Both the position numbers and the translations under genes were made by a program. The notes below the pieces were generated by a model. The model did no database searches, was not told the origin of the DNA, and saw only the letters and a list, made by a program, of their open reading frames with translations. A stretch of DNA of 64,000 nt. Origin: Felis catus. Taxonomy: Eukaryota. The DNA lies in the NCBI RefSeq assembly GCF_018350175.1, contig NC_058368.1:38876001-38940000 (forward strand), read 5' to 3'. Positions 14,688 through 27,824 of the stretch are shown one piece after another (the stretch's first letter is position 1; every line of letters starts with the position of its first letter).

Positions 14688-14909
14688 TTTAAATCTTTTT
14701 TTCAACGTTTTTTTATTTATTTTTGGGACAGAGAGCGACAGAGCATGAATGGGGGAGGGGCAGAGAGAGAGGGAGACACAGAATCGGAAACAGGCTCCAG
14801 GCTCTGAGCCATCAGCCCAGAGCCCGACGCGGGGCTTGAACTCACGGACCGCGAGATCGTGACCTGGCTAAGGTCGGACGCTTAACCGACTGCGCCACCC
14901 AGGCGCCCC
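14688..14909 (-). mobile_element. SINEC_Fc, young CpG-rich subfamily
   Basis: Perfect TSD aagactaagatatttt at 14672 and 14910; ends actgcgccacccaggcgcccc. Confidence 0.97.
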
Positions 14910-15444
14910 AAGACTAAGATATTTTTAGGAGGGTAATGGATTTGGTTGGAGAAGTGGATACATAGTATATGCATTTGCCAAAACACATAGCATTGTACAC
15001 AAAAATGGTTGAATTTTATTGTACATATATTGTATTTAAATAAACCTGACTTTAAAAAATGAAATGTGAAGGGAGGAGTTAAGATGGTGATAGTAGGGGG
15101 ACCCTGAACTTTCCCTGTCCCTCAAACACAGCTGTATTGAGGTCAGATCACTTGGAACACCCAGGAAATCGATCTGCAGACTCGCAGAAGAATCTCCATG
15201 GTTGGAGAGAGACAGCATAGCAGGTGCAAGGCCTATTTTAACAAATCAAAGCACACCAAATTAAAGGGCCAAACACACCCCACTGTAAGCAAGGAGGAGC
15301 TCTTCAGAGCACTGACTTTTGCAGTCGAAACACACTTCTGCCCGGTCCTATGACCTCTTTTTAATACAGCAGTATTCTCAGGTGCAGGAAATATAACAAG
15401 CATTTTAAAACATGTAAAACACAGAAACTTAGTCAAAATGACAA

Positions 15445-15482
15445 GCCAGATGCTCAACTGACTGAGCCACCCACGTGCCCCC
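15445..15482 (-). mobile_element. Can-SINE head remnant at the L1 deletion junction
   Basis: gccagatgctcaactgactgagccacccacgtgccccc is the reverse complement of a SINE 5' end. Confidence 0.85.
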
Positions 15483-18400
15483 AAACTAGATTTTAAAACA
15501 AAGACTGTAATAAGAGATGGAGAAAAGCAGTATATCATAATTAAAGGGTCTATCCATCGAGAAGATCTAACAATTGTAAATTTTTATGCCCCCTACTTGG
15601 TGGAACCCAATTATATAAAACAATTAGTAACAAACATAAAGAAACTCATTTGATAATACTAAATTAATAATAGGGGTCTTTATGCCCCACTTACAGCAAT
15701 GGATGACAGATTATCTAAGCAGAAAATAAACAAGGAAATAATGGCTTTGACTGACACATTGGACAAGATGGACTTAATATATCAAAACATTTCCTCCTAA
15801 AGCAGCAGAATGCACGTTCTTCTCCAGTGCACCTGGCACAATCTCCAGAATGGATCACATACTAGAGACAAATCAGCCCTCAATAGGTGCAAAAAGATTG
15901 AGATCATACTGTGCATATTTTTCAGATCACACTGCTATGAAACTTGAAGTCAACCACAAGAATAAAATTGGAAAGTCCTTAAATACATGGAGGTTAAAGA
16001 ACATCCTAAGGAATGAATGTGTTAACCAGGAAATTAAAGAAGAAATGAAAAAATACATGGGAGCAAATGAAAATGCAAACAGGACAGTCCAAACCCTTTG
16101 GGATGCAGCAATGGCAGTCCTAAGAGAAAAATATATTGCAGTTCAGGCCTATCTCAAGAAGCAAGAAAGGTCCCAAATACACAGTCTAACTTCACACCTA
16201 TGGGAGCTAGAAAAGGAACAACAAATAAAGCCTAAAGCCAGCAGAGAAGGTAAATAATAAAGATTATAGCAGACATAAGTGGTACAATGACGAACAAACA
16301 AACAAAAAACCCCAGTAGAATAGATCAATGAAACTAAGAGCTGGTTCTTTGAAAGAATTAACAAAATTGATAAACCCCTAGCTAGATTTATCAAAAAGAA
16401 AAGAGAAAGGACCCAAATAGATACAATCACAAATGAAAGAGGAGAGATCACAACCAACACCACAGAAATACAAATAATTGTAAGAGAATATTATGAAAAA
16501 TTATATACCAATGAACTGGGCAATCTGGAAGAAATGGACAAATTCCTAGAAACTCACAAACCACCAAAACTGAAACAAGAATAATAGAAAATTTCAACAG
16601 ACCCATAACCAGCAACAAAATTGAATCAATTCAATTTATCAAAAATTTATCAAAAATCTCACAACAAATCAGATTCCTGGGCCATATGGCTTCCCAATGG
16701 AATTCTACCAGACATTTAAAGAAGAGTTAATACCTATTCTTCTCAAACTGTTCCAAAAAAAAAATGAAATGGAAGGAAACTTCCAAACTTATTCTATGAA
16801 GCCAACATTACTTTGATTCCAAAACCAGAGAAAGATCTCACTAAAAAGGAAAATTACAGGCCAATATCTCTGATGAAACTGGATGCAAAAATTCTCTAAA
16901 AGATACTAGCAAATGAAGTTCAATAGTACATTAAAAGAATTATTCACCATGATCAAGAGGGATTTATTCCTGGGATGCAGGGCTGTTTCAGTATTTGCAA
17001 ATCAATCAACATGATGTACCACATTAATAAAAGAAAGGATAAGAGCCATATGATTCTGTCAATAAATGCAGAAAAAGCACTTGACAAAGTACAGCATCCA
17101 TTCTTGATTAAAAAAAAAAACCCTCAACAAAGTAGGTATAGATAGAACATACTCAAGATCATAAAGGTCTTATCCAAAAGACCCACGGCTAATATCCTCA
17201 ATGGGGAAAAACTCAGAGCATTTTCCTTATAGTCAGGAACAAGACGATGATGACCACTCTCACCATTACTATTTAATATAGTGCTGGAAATTTTAGCCTC
17301 AGCAATCAGAAAAAATAAAGGACATACAAATAGGCAAAGAAGAAGTCAAACTTTCACTATTTGCAGATGACATGATATTCTATGTAGAAAACTCAAAAGA
17401 CTCCACCAAAAAATCGCTACCCAATGAATTCAGCCAAGTCGCAGGATATAAAATCAACGTGCAGAAATCTGTTGCATTTCTATACACCAATAACGAAGCA
17501 GCAGAAAGAGAAAGCAAGGAATCAATTCCATTTACAATTTCACCAAAAACAATAAGATACCTAGGAATAAACCTAATCAAAGAGGTGAAATATCTGTACT
17601 TTGAAAACTGTAGAAGACTTATGAATATATTGAAGAGGACACAAGGAAATGGGAAAAAAAATTCATGCTCATGGGTTGGAACTATAAACATTGTTAAAAT
17701 GTCTATACTACCCAAAGGAATCTATACATTTAATGCAGTCCCTATCAAAACACCACCAGCATTCTTCACAAAGCTAGATCAAACAATCCTAAAATATGCA
17801 TAGAACCACAAAAGACCCCAAATAGCCAAAGCAATCCTGGAAAAGAAAAACAAACGTGGAGGCGTCATGATTCCAGAATTCAAGCTATATTACAAAGCTG
17901 TAGTTATCAAGATAGCATGGTACTGGCACAAAAGCAACTACACAGATCAGTGGCACAGAACAGAAAACCCAGAAATGGATGCACAACTGTATGGAAAACT
18001 AATCTTTGACAAAGCAGGAAAGAATATCTGATGGAAAAAAGACAGTCTCTTCAACAACTGGTGTTGGGAAAACTGGACAGTGACATATAGAATAATGAAA
18101 TTGGACCGCTTTCTTACACCATACACAAAATAAATTCCAAATGGATGAAGGACCTATATGTAAAACAGGAAATCATCAAAATACTAAAGGAGAACACGGG
18201 CAGAAACCTGTTTGACCTCAGCTAGAGCAACTTTTTACTAGACTTGTCACTGAGGGCAAGGGAAATGAAAGCAAACATGAACTATTCGGACCTCATCAAG
18301 ATAAAAATCTTTTGCACGATGTAGGAAACAATCCCAAAACTCAAAGGCAACCTACGGAATGGGAGAAGATATTAGCAAATGACATATCTGATAAAAGGTT

Positions 18401-19085
18401 AGTATTCAAAATTTATAAAGAACTTATCAAACTCAACACCCAGAAATCAAACAACCTAGTTAAGAAATGAGCAGAAGATATGAATAGACACTTTTACCAA
18501 GAAAACATCCAGATGGCTAACAGACACATGAAAAGATGCTCAACATCACTCATCATCAGGAAAACGCAAATCAAAACCACAATGAGATACTACTTCACAC
18601 CTGTCAGAATGGTAAAAAATAACAACACAAGAAACAACAGGTGTTGATGAGGATGTGGAGAAAGGGGAACCCTCTTGCACTGCTGGTGGGAATGCAAACT
18701 GATGCAGCCACTCTGGAGGACACTATGGTTGTTCCTCAAAAAACTAAAAATAGAAGTACCCTATGATCCAGCATTTGCACTATTAGGTATTTACCCAAAG
18801 GATACAGAAATACAGACTCATAGGTATACATGCACCCCAATAATTATAGCAGCATTATCAATAATAGCCAAACTATGGAGAGAACCCAAATATCCATTGA
18901 CTGATAAGTGGATAAGGAGAGGTGGTATATATATTCAATGGAATATTACTCAGCCATTCAAAAAACAAAATGAAAGCTTGCCATTTGCAATAACGTGAAT
19001 GGAGCTAAAATGTATCCTGCTAAGCAAAATATGTCAATGAGAGAAAGACAAAGACCATACGATTTCACTCCTATGTGGAATTTAA
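15483..19085 (+). pseudogene. L1 ORF2 (endonuclease / reverse transcriptase), disrupted by frameshifts and stops
   Basis: EN motif FSDHTAMKLE (ORF 15850), RT motif LFADDM at 17357-17374, C-terminal HCWWECK (ORF 18675); split over several short ORFs. Confidence 0.93.
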
Positions 19086-19555
19086 GAAACAAAACTGATG
19101 AATATATGGGAGGGTGGGGATGAGAGCGGAAAGGGAAACAAACCACAAGAGACTCTTAAAGGTAGAGAACAGTGTTGTTGTAGGGAAGTAGGTGGGAGAT
19201 TGGCTAGATGGGTGATGGGTAGTAAGAAGGGCACTGGTTGTGATGAGTACTGGGTGTTGCGTGTTAAGTGATGAATCGCCGAATCCTACTAAAACCAATG
19301 TTACATTGTATATTAACTAACTAAAATATAAAAATGAAATGAAATGTGTTTCCAGGAAATGTTTTCTTTTGAATATGATTATGTTTTCTATTAGATATCA
19401 ATAATTTGGATCATTAAATAAGATGTTTAGGAACAAATCTTCATTGTAAATAAATAACTTCTATAACATAATAAAAAATTACAATTTCTGTTACATATAG
19501 TATATTCTTACAGTTCAATATGGAAGTTTTACCTAAAGGAAATTAACATGTACAT

Positions 19556-19837
19556 CTTTTTCTTAATATACCTTATTGTCAAACTGGCTAACATACAGTG
19601 TGTAAAGTGTGCTTTTGGTTTTTGGGGTAGATTCCCATGGTTCATTGCTTACATACAACACCCAGTGCTCATCCCAACAAGTGCCCTTCTCAATGCCCAT
19701 CACCCATTTTCCTCTCTCCCCGACCCCTCCATCCTTCAGTTTGTTCTCTGTGTTTAAGAGTCTCTTATGGTTTGCCTCCCTCCCTCTCTGTAATTATTTC
19801 TTTCCCCTTCCCTTCCCCCCATGGTCTTCTGTGAAGT
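19556..19837 (-). mobile_element. 5'-truncated carnivore L1 3' UTR
   Basis: acaacacccagtgctcatcccaacaagtgcccttctcaatgcccatcaccca...aagagtctcttatggtttg is antisense to 19140-19270. Confidence 0.92.
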
Positions 19838-20754
19838 AACTTTATTGACAAAGCACACCATTTTCGATTAGTCTGATTTTTAAAAATTATTTTACAGTAG
19901 GCTAGCAATAAACAAACTCTTGCTTAAATTATGTATACCACCGTTTTCCAAGAAGGCAAACAGCAGATGGGTAATTAACACTCTTTGCAATGAAAAATAT
20001 ATTTCAAAAATTATTGGCTTGTTCTGTATAGAACACTGCAAGTGGCAAGGATCTCCAATTATTCTGAAGTGCCTGGCTTATTGCTACTTCATGAACATGA
20101 TAGTTATGAAAACGGATGATGCATACTTACTCCCCACTTCCTGTTATTCGTAATATAGTTCTAAATAGTACTGTATGCTTTTCAATTTAAAAGAATTTTT
20201 TACTGTTTTATGATATAAATCATATGCTTCATTCTAATGTTTTAGAGATATGTAGCTAAAACACATAAAACCATTTCTATGTAGGGTCAGTTAGCAATAC
20301 AGTGAATAACCACATGGTGCCCTCATAGACATAAAGTGCAATTTATGTCAATTTAATTTTAATAATACCAAAAATTGTTCTAGAGGAGGAACATACATAA
20401 AAATTAAAAATTACCAATTAATTCTGTGATGCTTATTTAAAGTTATTTGAAATGCATACTATGGACTTTAATAGTGCATGTAGTTCTAGAAAAAGACATG
20501 AAGCAGCACAATCTGTTCACTATATTATTGTCTCCTACAATGTGGAGTGGGAAAGAGTGCTTCTTGGGAACTTCTATTGAATGCCCCAACTTCGGACTTT
20601 GTTGACCTCACGTCATATTGGTTACTGTACCATAAAATCATGTCAAATTTTATTAGTTACCTTCTATGCAGTAATTATTCAAGACCCCAGTGTATGTGTG
20701 TAGATATAGATGGTCGACAGGTGATTGATAGATATAGAGATACACAGACAAATG

Positions 20755-20850
20755 TTATTTTTTTAAGTTTTCAGTTAGATTCCGTTTAGTTAACATACAG
20801 TGTAATATCCAATTTCAGATGTACAGTATAATGATTCATCATTTCCATGC
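20755..20850 (-). mobile_element. L1 extreme 3' fragment
   Basis: tagttaacatacagtgtaatat...tttcagatgtacagtataatgattca. Confidence 0.7.
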
Positions 20851-22116
20851 TAGCTTTTAAATGGGGTAAGGCTTTATTAGATTCAAACATGAAAATACAA
20901 ATTTTGAGATACCTCTTTTTGTGCTGTTTGCCCTCTGACCCCGCTGCACTTCTTAATTTCTTAGGTATTTTATATCAGCATCCTGATAGTATGTATCCCT
21001 AAGAGGTACTTGTATGCTGTCTAAGTGTAGGTCCTATTTTTTTTTCTGTATTATATACACAATATCTGTGTGTTGACCAATTATTTTTACACTTTGAATA
21101 TATAAAAGTGAGAAAGACTCACATCTGCTATCAAAGGGCTTTTGCCATATTTTGTTGGGATTTGCTCCTTACTTTTAGGCCCTTGTGTATATCCTTTTTC
21201 CTTTTATTGCGCAATATAAACATTTCCTTTAAAATGCACTCATTCCTATAAAATTTAAGGTACCCAATGGTACATATGAAGGACTATCAGTAGACTAACA
21301 TATTTAGAGTTTCCTCACTATACAATAGCTTAATGGTGATCAAGATAAAGACGTTAAACAGAAGATGAGTATACAAACTGATATTTTATAACTTTCCTAT
21401 TGTATGTCATAAGTTTATTTAACTTGTTTCTTCCTGAAGCTAAGTACTCATGTTTCAATGCATCTGGATGCCAAACAATTTATAAAAACCAATTAGTTGG
21501 GAGTTTTTATGTATTGTCTGATTTAGAGCCACTAACCCATTTTAATGTCTCAGGTTCACAATTTCTAAGTCAAGGGTAAAAATAATCACACACTGAGTGA
21601 TATTTAATGGGTAATAAAAGTACCATTTGAACAGAGAATTAGTAGTATAACCTTTAAGCTCAGACTCTCCTAGGTGTAATATATAGCCATAAGAGAAATG
21701 GCTTGTAATTAATTGTGTAATTTCAGGTTTTGTCTTTTTCATCACCAACTCTGTTCCCTTTTCAGAGAGGTGTCTGTGTAATAACAGAATCAGCTGAACA
21801 GTTACTTGTTTCAAGTACGTGTGACCAAGAAAAAGTCCAGAAGGCTGAGTTTATACTATTTACTGATTGTCTGTATTTTGTGTCTCTCATTCCCCAAAGA
21901 GAATGCAAGAATTTTCTTTGACCCCTCTCAGTCCCTCACGTCATTATTCTTTCAGAGCATCATGACTAGCAGGCCATAAGGGTAAACATTAAGTCTGAAT
22001 AGAGCATGAGTCACTTTATTGCTCTAATTAATTTGGAGATGGCATTATGATTTGAATGAAATAATACTGTAATTTATGAGAACAAATATCAAATAGTTTC
22101 TTAAAAATGAGTCTTC

Positions 22117-22347
22117 TTTTTTCTTTCCTTTTCTTTTCTTTTCTTTTTCTTTTAGTGCTTATTAATTTTTTGAAAGTGAGAGAGTGTGAGCAGGAGAGGT
22201 GCAGAGAGAGAGGGACACACAGAATCCAAAGCAGGCTCCAGGCTCCAAGCTGTCAGCACAGAGCCTGATGCGGGGCTCAAACCCACAAGCCGTGAGATCA
22301 TGACCTGAGCCGGAGTCAGCCGTTTGACTGAGCCACCTAGGCGCCCC
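22117..22347 (-). mobile_element. Can-SINE with (TTTTC)n tail
   Basis: Ends actgagccacctaggcgcccc. Confidence 0.95.
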
Positions 22348-23559
22348 AAAATTAGCCTTATTTTCATAAAAGAATTTTAAAAATTTACATTTGTTTACAA
22401 ATCCCATCACTTGAGAGATAAAGTTTCTATCTGGTCATAATAAACATCTCAAAAAGTGTATTAATAGGTCATAATTTTCAACTGCCTTTGCTTATACATT
22501 TAAACAATCTAACTATTTGTATCAAAAATATGTCACTATGGAAAATTATATGAAAACAACACATTTGAAAATAAGCATTTTCAAACTATAAATATCTTTT
22601 TTTTAACAAAGAGAAGCAAGGTTGAAGGAAAATCATTATGACCATTTATGTCTCTGGCAGTCACAATAACAAACCCAGACTGTAATCACTGGTTACTTCT
22701 AATCCAGTTCATGTTATATATGCCAGAGTTGTACTAGACATAAAGTGACTTGCCTATCTGAGTGTCATGTGGTCTGAAAATTATATCAGGTTGATTTAAA
22801 AGCAAAAAGCACGATAAATAGCTGAATATTACAAACTGTGTAACTATTATTTCCGGGAATAATATTTCTTCTCAGAATCTCTTTATATATTTTTGAATTT
22901 TTCTTCAATTCCAGATTCACATTTCATTATGTTTTAAGCATGTACTATAAATGGATCTTTTATAGCTGATTTTTGTCTGTATTATAAAAATCCTTTTCAA
23001 AAACCACTATCAAACAGTTGAGGACAGGGAGTTGTTTTAAGTGTGATGTTAGGAACAAAAACTTGGCTGATCTTATCTAGTGAATAGACTGTTTTGACTT
23101 GGAAGGAGCAAAACTGATAATGCTACTTTAATAATAGTAATGAAACCTAACAGATGCACATTTAATAGTCAGCTGGAAACACTATCTGCTATTTCTAATG
23201 AAGCTGGTTGATCAGATATGATTGGAATATATTTTTCCACTTAGTAACAGCAGAAAATAATGCACTATTTAGAATACCTTTTGGAATTTGTGATCTTTGA
23301 GTTGCTATTTAATTCTGTAATCTAATCATGCAGACTCTTCTGGGTTCATATTTTATATGATTTTTGAAAAGCTCTTACGGGCCTTCAGGGAGAAAGTGAC
23401 ACAACACTATAATATTACTTTTGCGTATTCTTATTTATATTAATTGTGCTCTCCCTCCAGTCTTGCATTCTTCCAAACCTTTGTTTTCATAAGAGCTAAG
23501 GTACACATTATCATGTGTACCTCTTGTTTGCAATATTCTACTCTTGTTTGCAACATTCT

Positions 23560-24072
23560 ACTGTATTTCTGTTCCATACAGGATAAATCCATCCACTAAT
23601 GTCATGTTCAAAAAGCTTCATCAACCTGCCCTAGACTTTCTTCCCAAAATTATCTCTTCCCTCTCAACCCCCATTGGTATTTGTGCTCCTGTCTCACAGA
23701 ACTACTACTGATCTGTGCTTCTTCGTGTGTACAGTTTCAGTTCTGCTTCCCCTGCCTAGATGCTCTCCCTTCCTCCCACTTGAAGCATCTCGTTTAGTGA
23801 CATGCTATTTAACTTTTACAGCACATTCTAGGCTTCCCCTTCTCTAGATTAACTTCATTCATCAGCAGTAAGTGACTATTTTGTGGCCGCTTACCTATTA
23901 TGCATTTTTTGGTGTGGCACTTATGCCAGTGAAATAGAATAATCTTTTCACTTGTCTGCCTCATAAGTGATTGTATATTCCTTGAGAGTAGAGAATTTTC
24001 ATATTCCAAACTTTTCCTCAATACCTAGAATAAGCTTGTTATGTAGGAAACTTCAAAATACTTTGATGAATA
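23560..24072 (+). mobile_element. L2 3' region
   Basis: ttcccctgcctagatgctctccc...ttccttgagagtagaga...cctagaataagc...ttgatgaat. Confidence 0.65.
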
Positions 24073-26954
24073 CACATTTGATTTAGCATTGCCTATATGA
24101 TATTTTACATATATATTTCCATTTGTATAGTCATTGGTATCAATGAATGATGAAATTTAAAAAAAACATTTATATTCAGATGAGGTTAAAAAAATACCAG
24201 CTAATAGGTAAAAGCTTACGTATCTAAATAGTTTTAAAGGAACAGAAGATTCAGTCTCATTTTTTAAATAGAAAACATTTGTGAGTAAAGATATTAAAAC
24301 CAAAAGACGGTTTATGAGAAATAGTTCTGGCATATTGAAGTGTTTGTACTTTTTTTTTATAAGCTAAGGAGAAGGAATTTTAAACAATTTGTCAATACTC
24401 TTCACTGTGGTATTTTTGAGAACATATTTCACACTGCTATAAGTTTATTATTTGAATTGAAATGTTGCTTTCTATGGAACCGACTTTTCTTAAAGCAGGG
24501 GAAAGATAGGTTGAGAGGTTAATTTGCTTACTTATGGCAAAAAAAAAGTCCAAATGTTAACCAGCACAAAACAAAATGACCTCATGAATTCAATTTGGAT
24601 GTAGGTGAGGTAAAGCCCAATAGAAATATTAAAATCTGTCAGAAGTGAGAAGAAACTAGTTAACCGAGAAGACAGGTGAAATGGGAAGACCAGTGTTGAC
24701 GTCTTATAATTACACCAAGGAATTACACAACTTCTGGAGCGAAGAGTAAACATAAATGTGAGGGCAATTAAATGTTCATTTGTTTTTCAATTTAAGAGAA
24801 AACCCTTGCTATCAGGAACAGAATTCTTCAAGTGAATCACAGGTATCTGATTATGAAAATGAGGCAAATGGTATTTCTTGGTAACTTCGGAACAATGTTT
24901 ACAAAAAAATCATTCCAAACTTAAAGTTTATTTTGAGCTTCTTGTTTTAAATTGGGAAAATGTTATTAATTTGTATCAAAATTTTACTAGATCCTAATTC
25001 ATGCTTAATTGAAATTATAATCATTTATATAAGCTCATATGCCACTGAATCTTTTTTCTCCTAAATATTTTGGACCAAACTAAAACTTATAGCATCTTTT
25101 GAAATTGTTGAATTTTGTAAATTAAATTATTCTAATACAAACAACTTCTGGACTTCCAGCGCAGCCAAAACCAGATTGACCAATTTGCCTAAAAAAACAA
25201 AAACAGTAGATACAACATATGAAACTATGTTTTTACTGAGAATTAAGAACAGTTGGGAAACAGTTTTTTCAGTGTTGCCCCCCAAAAAGAAGAAATCTGT
25301 AGTTGAAGTTTCCAAGCTCCTTTTGGCTTTTCCAGCTCCAAATATATCATTCCACCTCAGAGGTACCCAAACCAGTCCTATGAGGTTCCCCATGTGATAT
25401 TCTAGTTTATGATACCCCAATTCTCTTTAATTCCTCTAGGGTTGGTGCTGGGAGTGCTTCCTGCACTTAATATCTACATTAAGTAGATACTTCCTTTACT
25501 TAATAATATTTGCATCACGTTGGCCTTCCCTTTTTGCTTTTTCAGCATTGTACCTTGCGGGATTTTATACAGTCAAGAATAAACACAGACAATAAAAATG
25601 TTGCCATATTTTTCTTTCTCCTTGGACATGAAATTTAAATTCCATGGGATTATTCTGTTAGTGAGGCATGATTATGAATTTCCAACTCATCTGACCGATT
25701 TAACTGGGATGTATGTTTTTACATGTGTTTCTTTGGTATCATCAAACTTCTATTATGCCAACCCCTGCTCTTTCTCCTTGTGAGTGTTGAAAGATCCACT
25801 TACAGGGGATTTTCTGCTGAGATAATTTCTTAGCTTCCCTTGGGAACATGGGAAAAAAGTTGTATGCTTCCATAGGATCTAATCAAACCTGTCTGCTTCA
25901 GAAACATTGTTCCAAAATATCTTGAAAATCTTGATAATTTCTAAACAAGACCACCTAGAATTCTTAATGAGAATTGTGACAGAAATGTGAAATAAAGCTT
26001 GACTACATTTCACAGTTGAAGTATAATTAACGTTCATCCTCTAAGTTTCTTAATTGTGATAGTTAATATAGTTATCTCCACATTCACAAAAAATTTTGAT
26101 GCAATTTTGAACCTTATTAGTTTTGTATCTTTGGATATAGTATTTATAGTTCAATTTCTTTATCTCTAAAATGGGAAAAATGATAGACCTTCTACAAGAA
26201 TATCTGCATGATTCCCTGCTTATCCTATATATTTATTTTTGCCTTCCCCCCAAATTTTCCTCCATCTAAAGTCATTAAACATTCAGTTTTCCCTAATTTG
26301 CTATATAATTTCTAAGCTAAATACTTAAAATTAATGCTCTCATCAGATTAAAAAGTCAGTAATTATTAAAAAGTGGCATAACAATTTTTCATATAATTGT
26401 AACCATTTTAATTAGTTTATTTAATTGTAACCATTTTGATTGTACTTTCCTAAATTGTACCTGTGTATACAACTTTTTTTTATTTTTTTATTTATCAAAT
26501 TACTTTTCTGCTATAGAGGAATTTAGGTTATTTCCTTAGGGCTTTTTTTCCTTAATATCAATGTTATTTCAGCCAATGTTGGATATATATTTTAAATGTT
26601 TTATTTGATTACCTATAGCCATTTTCTTTAAAATTTGATGAAACCTTAATTGGAATATGCAATCTTGTTAACCCACCTGTAAACTCCATGAGTAAATTGA
26701 ACGTTACAGGGATTAAGAAGTTTGTTAAATGTTGAATATCTACTAAATGTTTGAGTTGGAATCCAAATAAATCCAATTCTGTCTTCTTCCAAACCCATAT
26801 TATTAAACATAATTTAAATATTAAATAGTATGCTTAATCAAAAACAAAAGAGAATAAGTAGCTTATAGTGACTACACGTTTAATGGTGAAATGGCATTAA
26901 CAAATGTTAAACTGTTTATAACAAAATATCAACCATGATTTCATTTTTCCATAC

Positions 26955-27175
26955 TTTTTTTTCAATTTTTTTAACATTTATTCATTTTTGAGACACAGAA
27001 AGAGACAGAGCATGAGTGGGGAAAGGGCAGAGAGAGGGAGACACAGAATCTGAAACAGGCTCCAGGTTCTGAGCTGTCAGCACAGAGCCCGACACGGGGC
27101 TCAAACTCACGGACTGTGAGATCATGACCTGAGCTGAAGTCGGACACTCAACCGACTGAGCCACCCAGGTGCCCC
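26955..27175 (-). mobile_element. Can-SINE
   Basis: Full reverse-complement body ending ccgactgagccacccaggtgcccc. Confidence 0.96.
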
Positions 27176-27824
27176 ATTTTGCTATACTTTTTAAACCAAC
27201 TTTCGTGGTTTATAAATGTGGTTCACTTTTGGACTAGAAGAGATTCAAGACATCTATATTACAACCTTCTCTTAAGTGCAAATTAAGGGGTTTAGGAGGG
27301 AGGGTTAAGTATGTGATGATGTGAAAACAGTCTCATGTTTCTGAATTGAATTGTTACTATTATTATATGGAATATCTTAAAGTTACATTCCATTTATGCA
27401 GTGAATTGTTACAAATCTTATCATCATGTAGGACAGTAAAAAAAAAAAAATGTCCAGATGGATTGTCCAGTAAGAAAATTAATACAAGAAAATCATGAAC
27501 TGCCCTTGAGAAATATTTTAGGGTTCTTTTTCTGTGATTTTTATCTTCTAGACTAGATAGGCCTGCCACAAGGATGATGAAATGATTACCTAGGACACAA
27601 TTCTCATTTTAGAATCTAAAAATTCTTATATGAGAGGCACTGCGATGGGAGGCTCAAGCGATTTATAAAAATCATAGTGAATGTAGAAAGCGTACTTGTA
27701 GTGTAGATTGATAAAATTTGAAAGAAACTGACAACAGGGAAGCAATGGTTAATCTGTTCACTAGATACTTTGACTTATAATTAAAGGTTAGGTCGAGTAA
27801 AAGAATTAGTCAAAAACAAACTGT

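Larger units (their letters stand above)
12460..15056 (+). mobile_element. old L1M (L1MC/ME-type) ORF2 3' half and 3' UTR, interrupted by two SINEs
   Basis: Degenerate RT region (tctatccacagacaacatg), tcatggattggaagactc, ggtgctggaaacttggacat; ends ...ttgtacatatattgtatttaaataaacctgactttaaaaa. Confidence 0.85.
15069..19336 (+). mobile_element. Carnivore LINE-1, originally full length, ORF1 deleted, inactive
   Basis: 5' UTR start gggaggagttaagatgg, ORF2 remnants, 3' UTR; TSD aaatgaaatgtg at 15057-15068 and 19337-19348. Confidence 0.95.

Noticed and set aside
15850..18998. ORFs of 107-143 aa with endonuclease and RT similarity as functional CDS
   Set aside because: Fragments of a frameshifted, stop-ridden L1 ORF2 with ORF1 missing
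21766..21814. Possible + strand micro-exon (cccttttcAG|AGAGG...TCAA|GTACGT)
   Set aside because: 49 nt, modest donor, unrecognised peptide and no partner exons; expected by chance in 64 kb
23521..23562. Short tandem duplications (also ~10030-10067, 26395-26442, 51731-51758, 54382-54425)
   Set aside because: Ordinary slippage duplications with no sign of function
24797..24885. Protein-looking frame ENPCYQEQNSSSESQVSDYENEANGISW
   Set aside because: Short, weak acceptor, no recognisable homology
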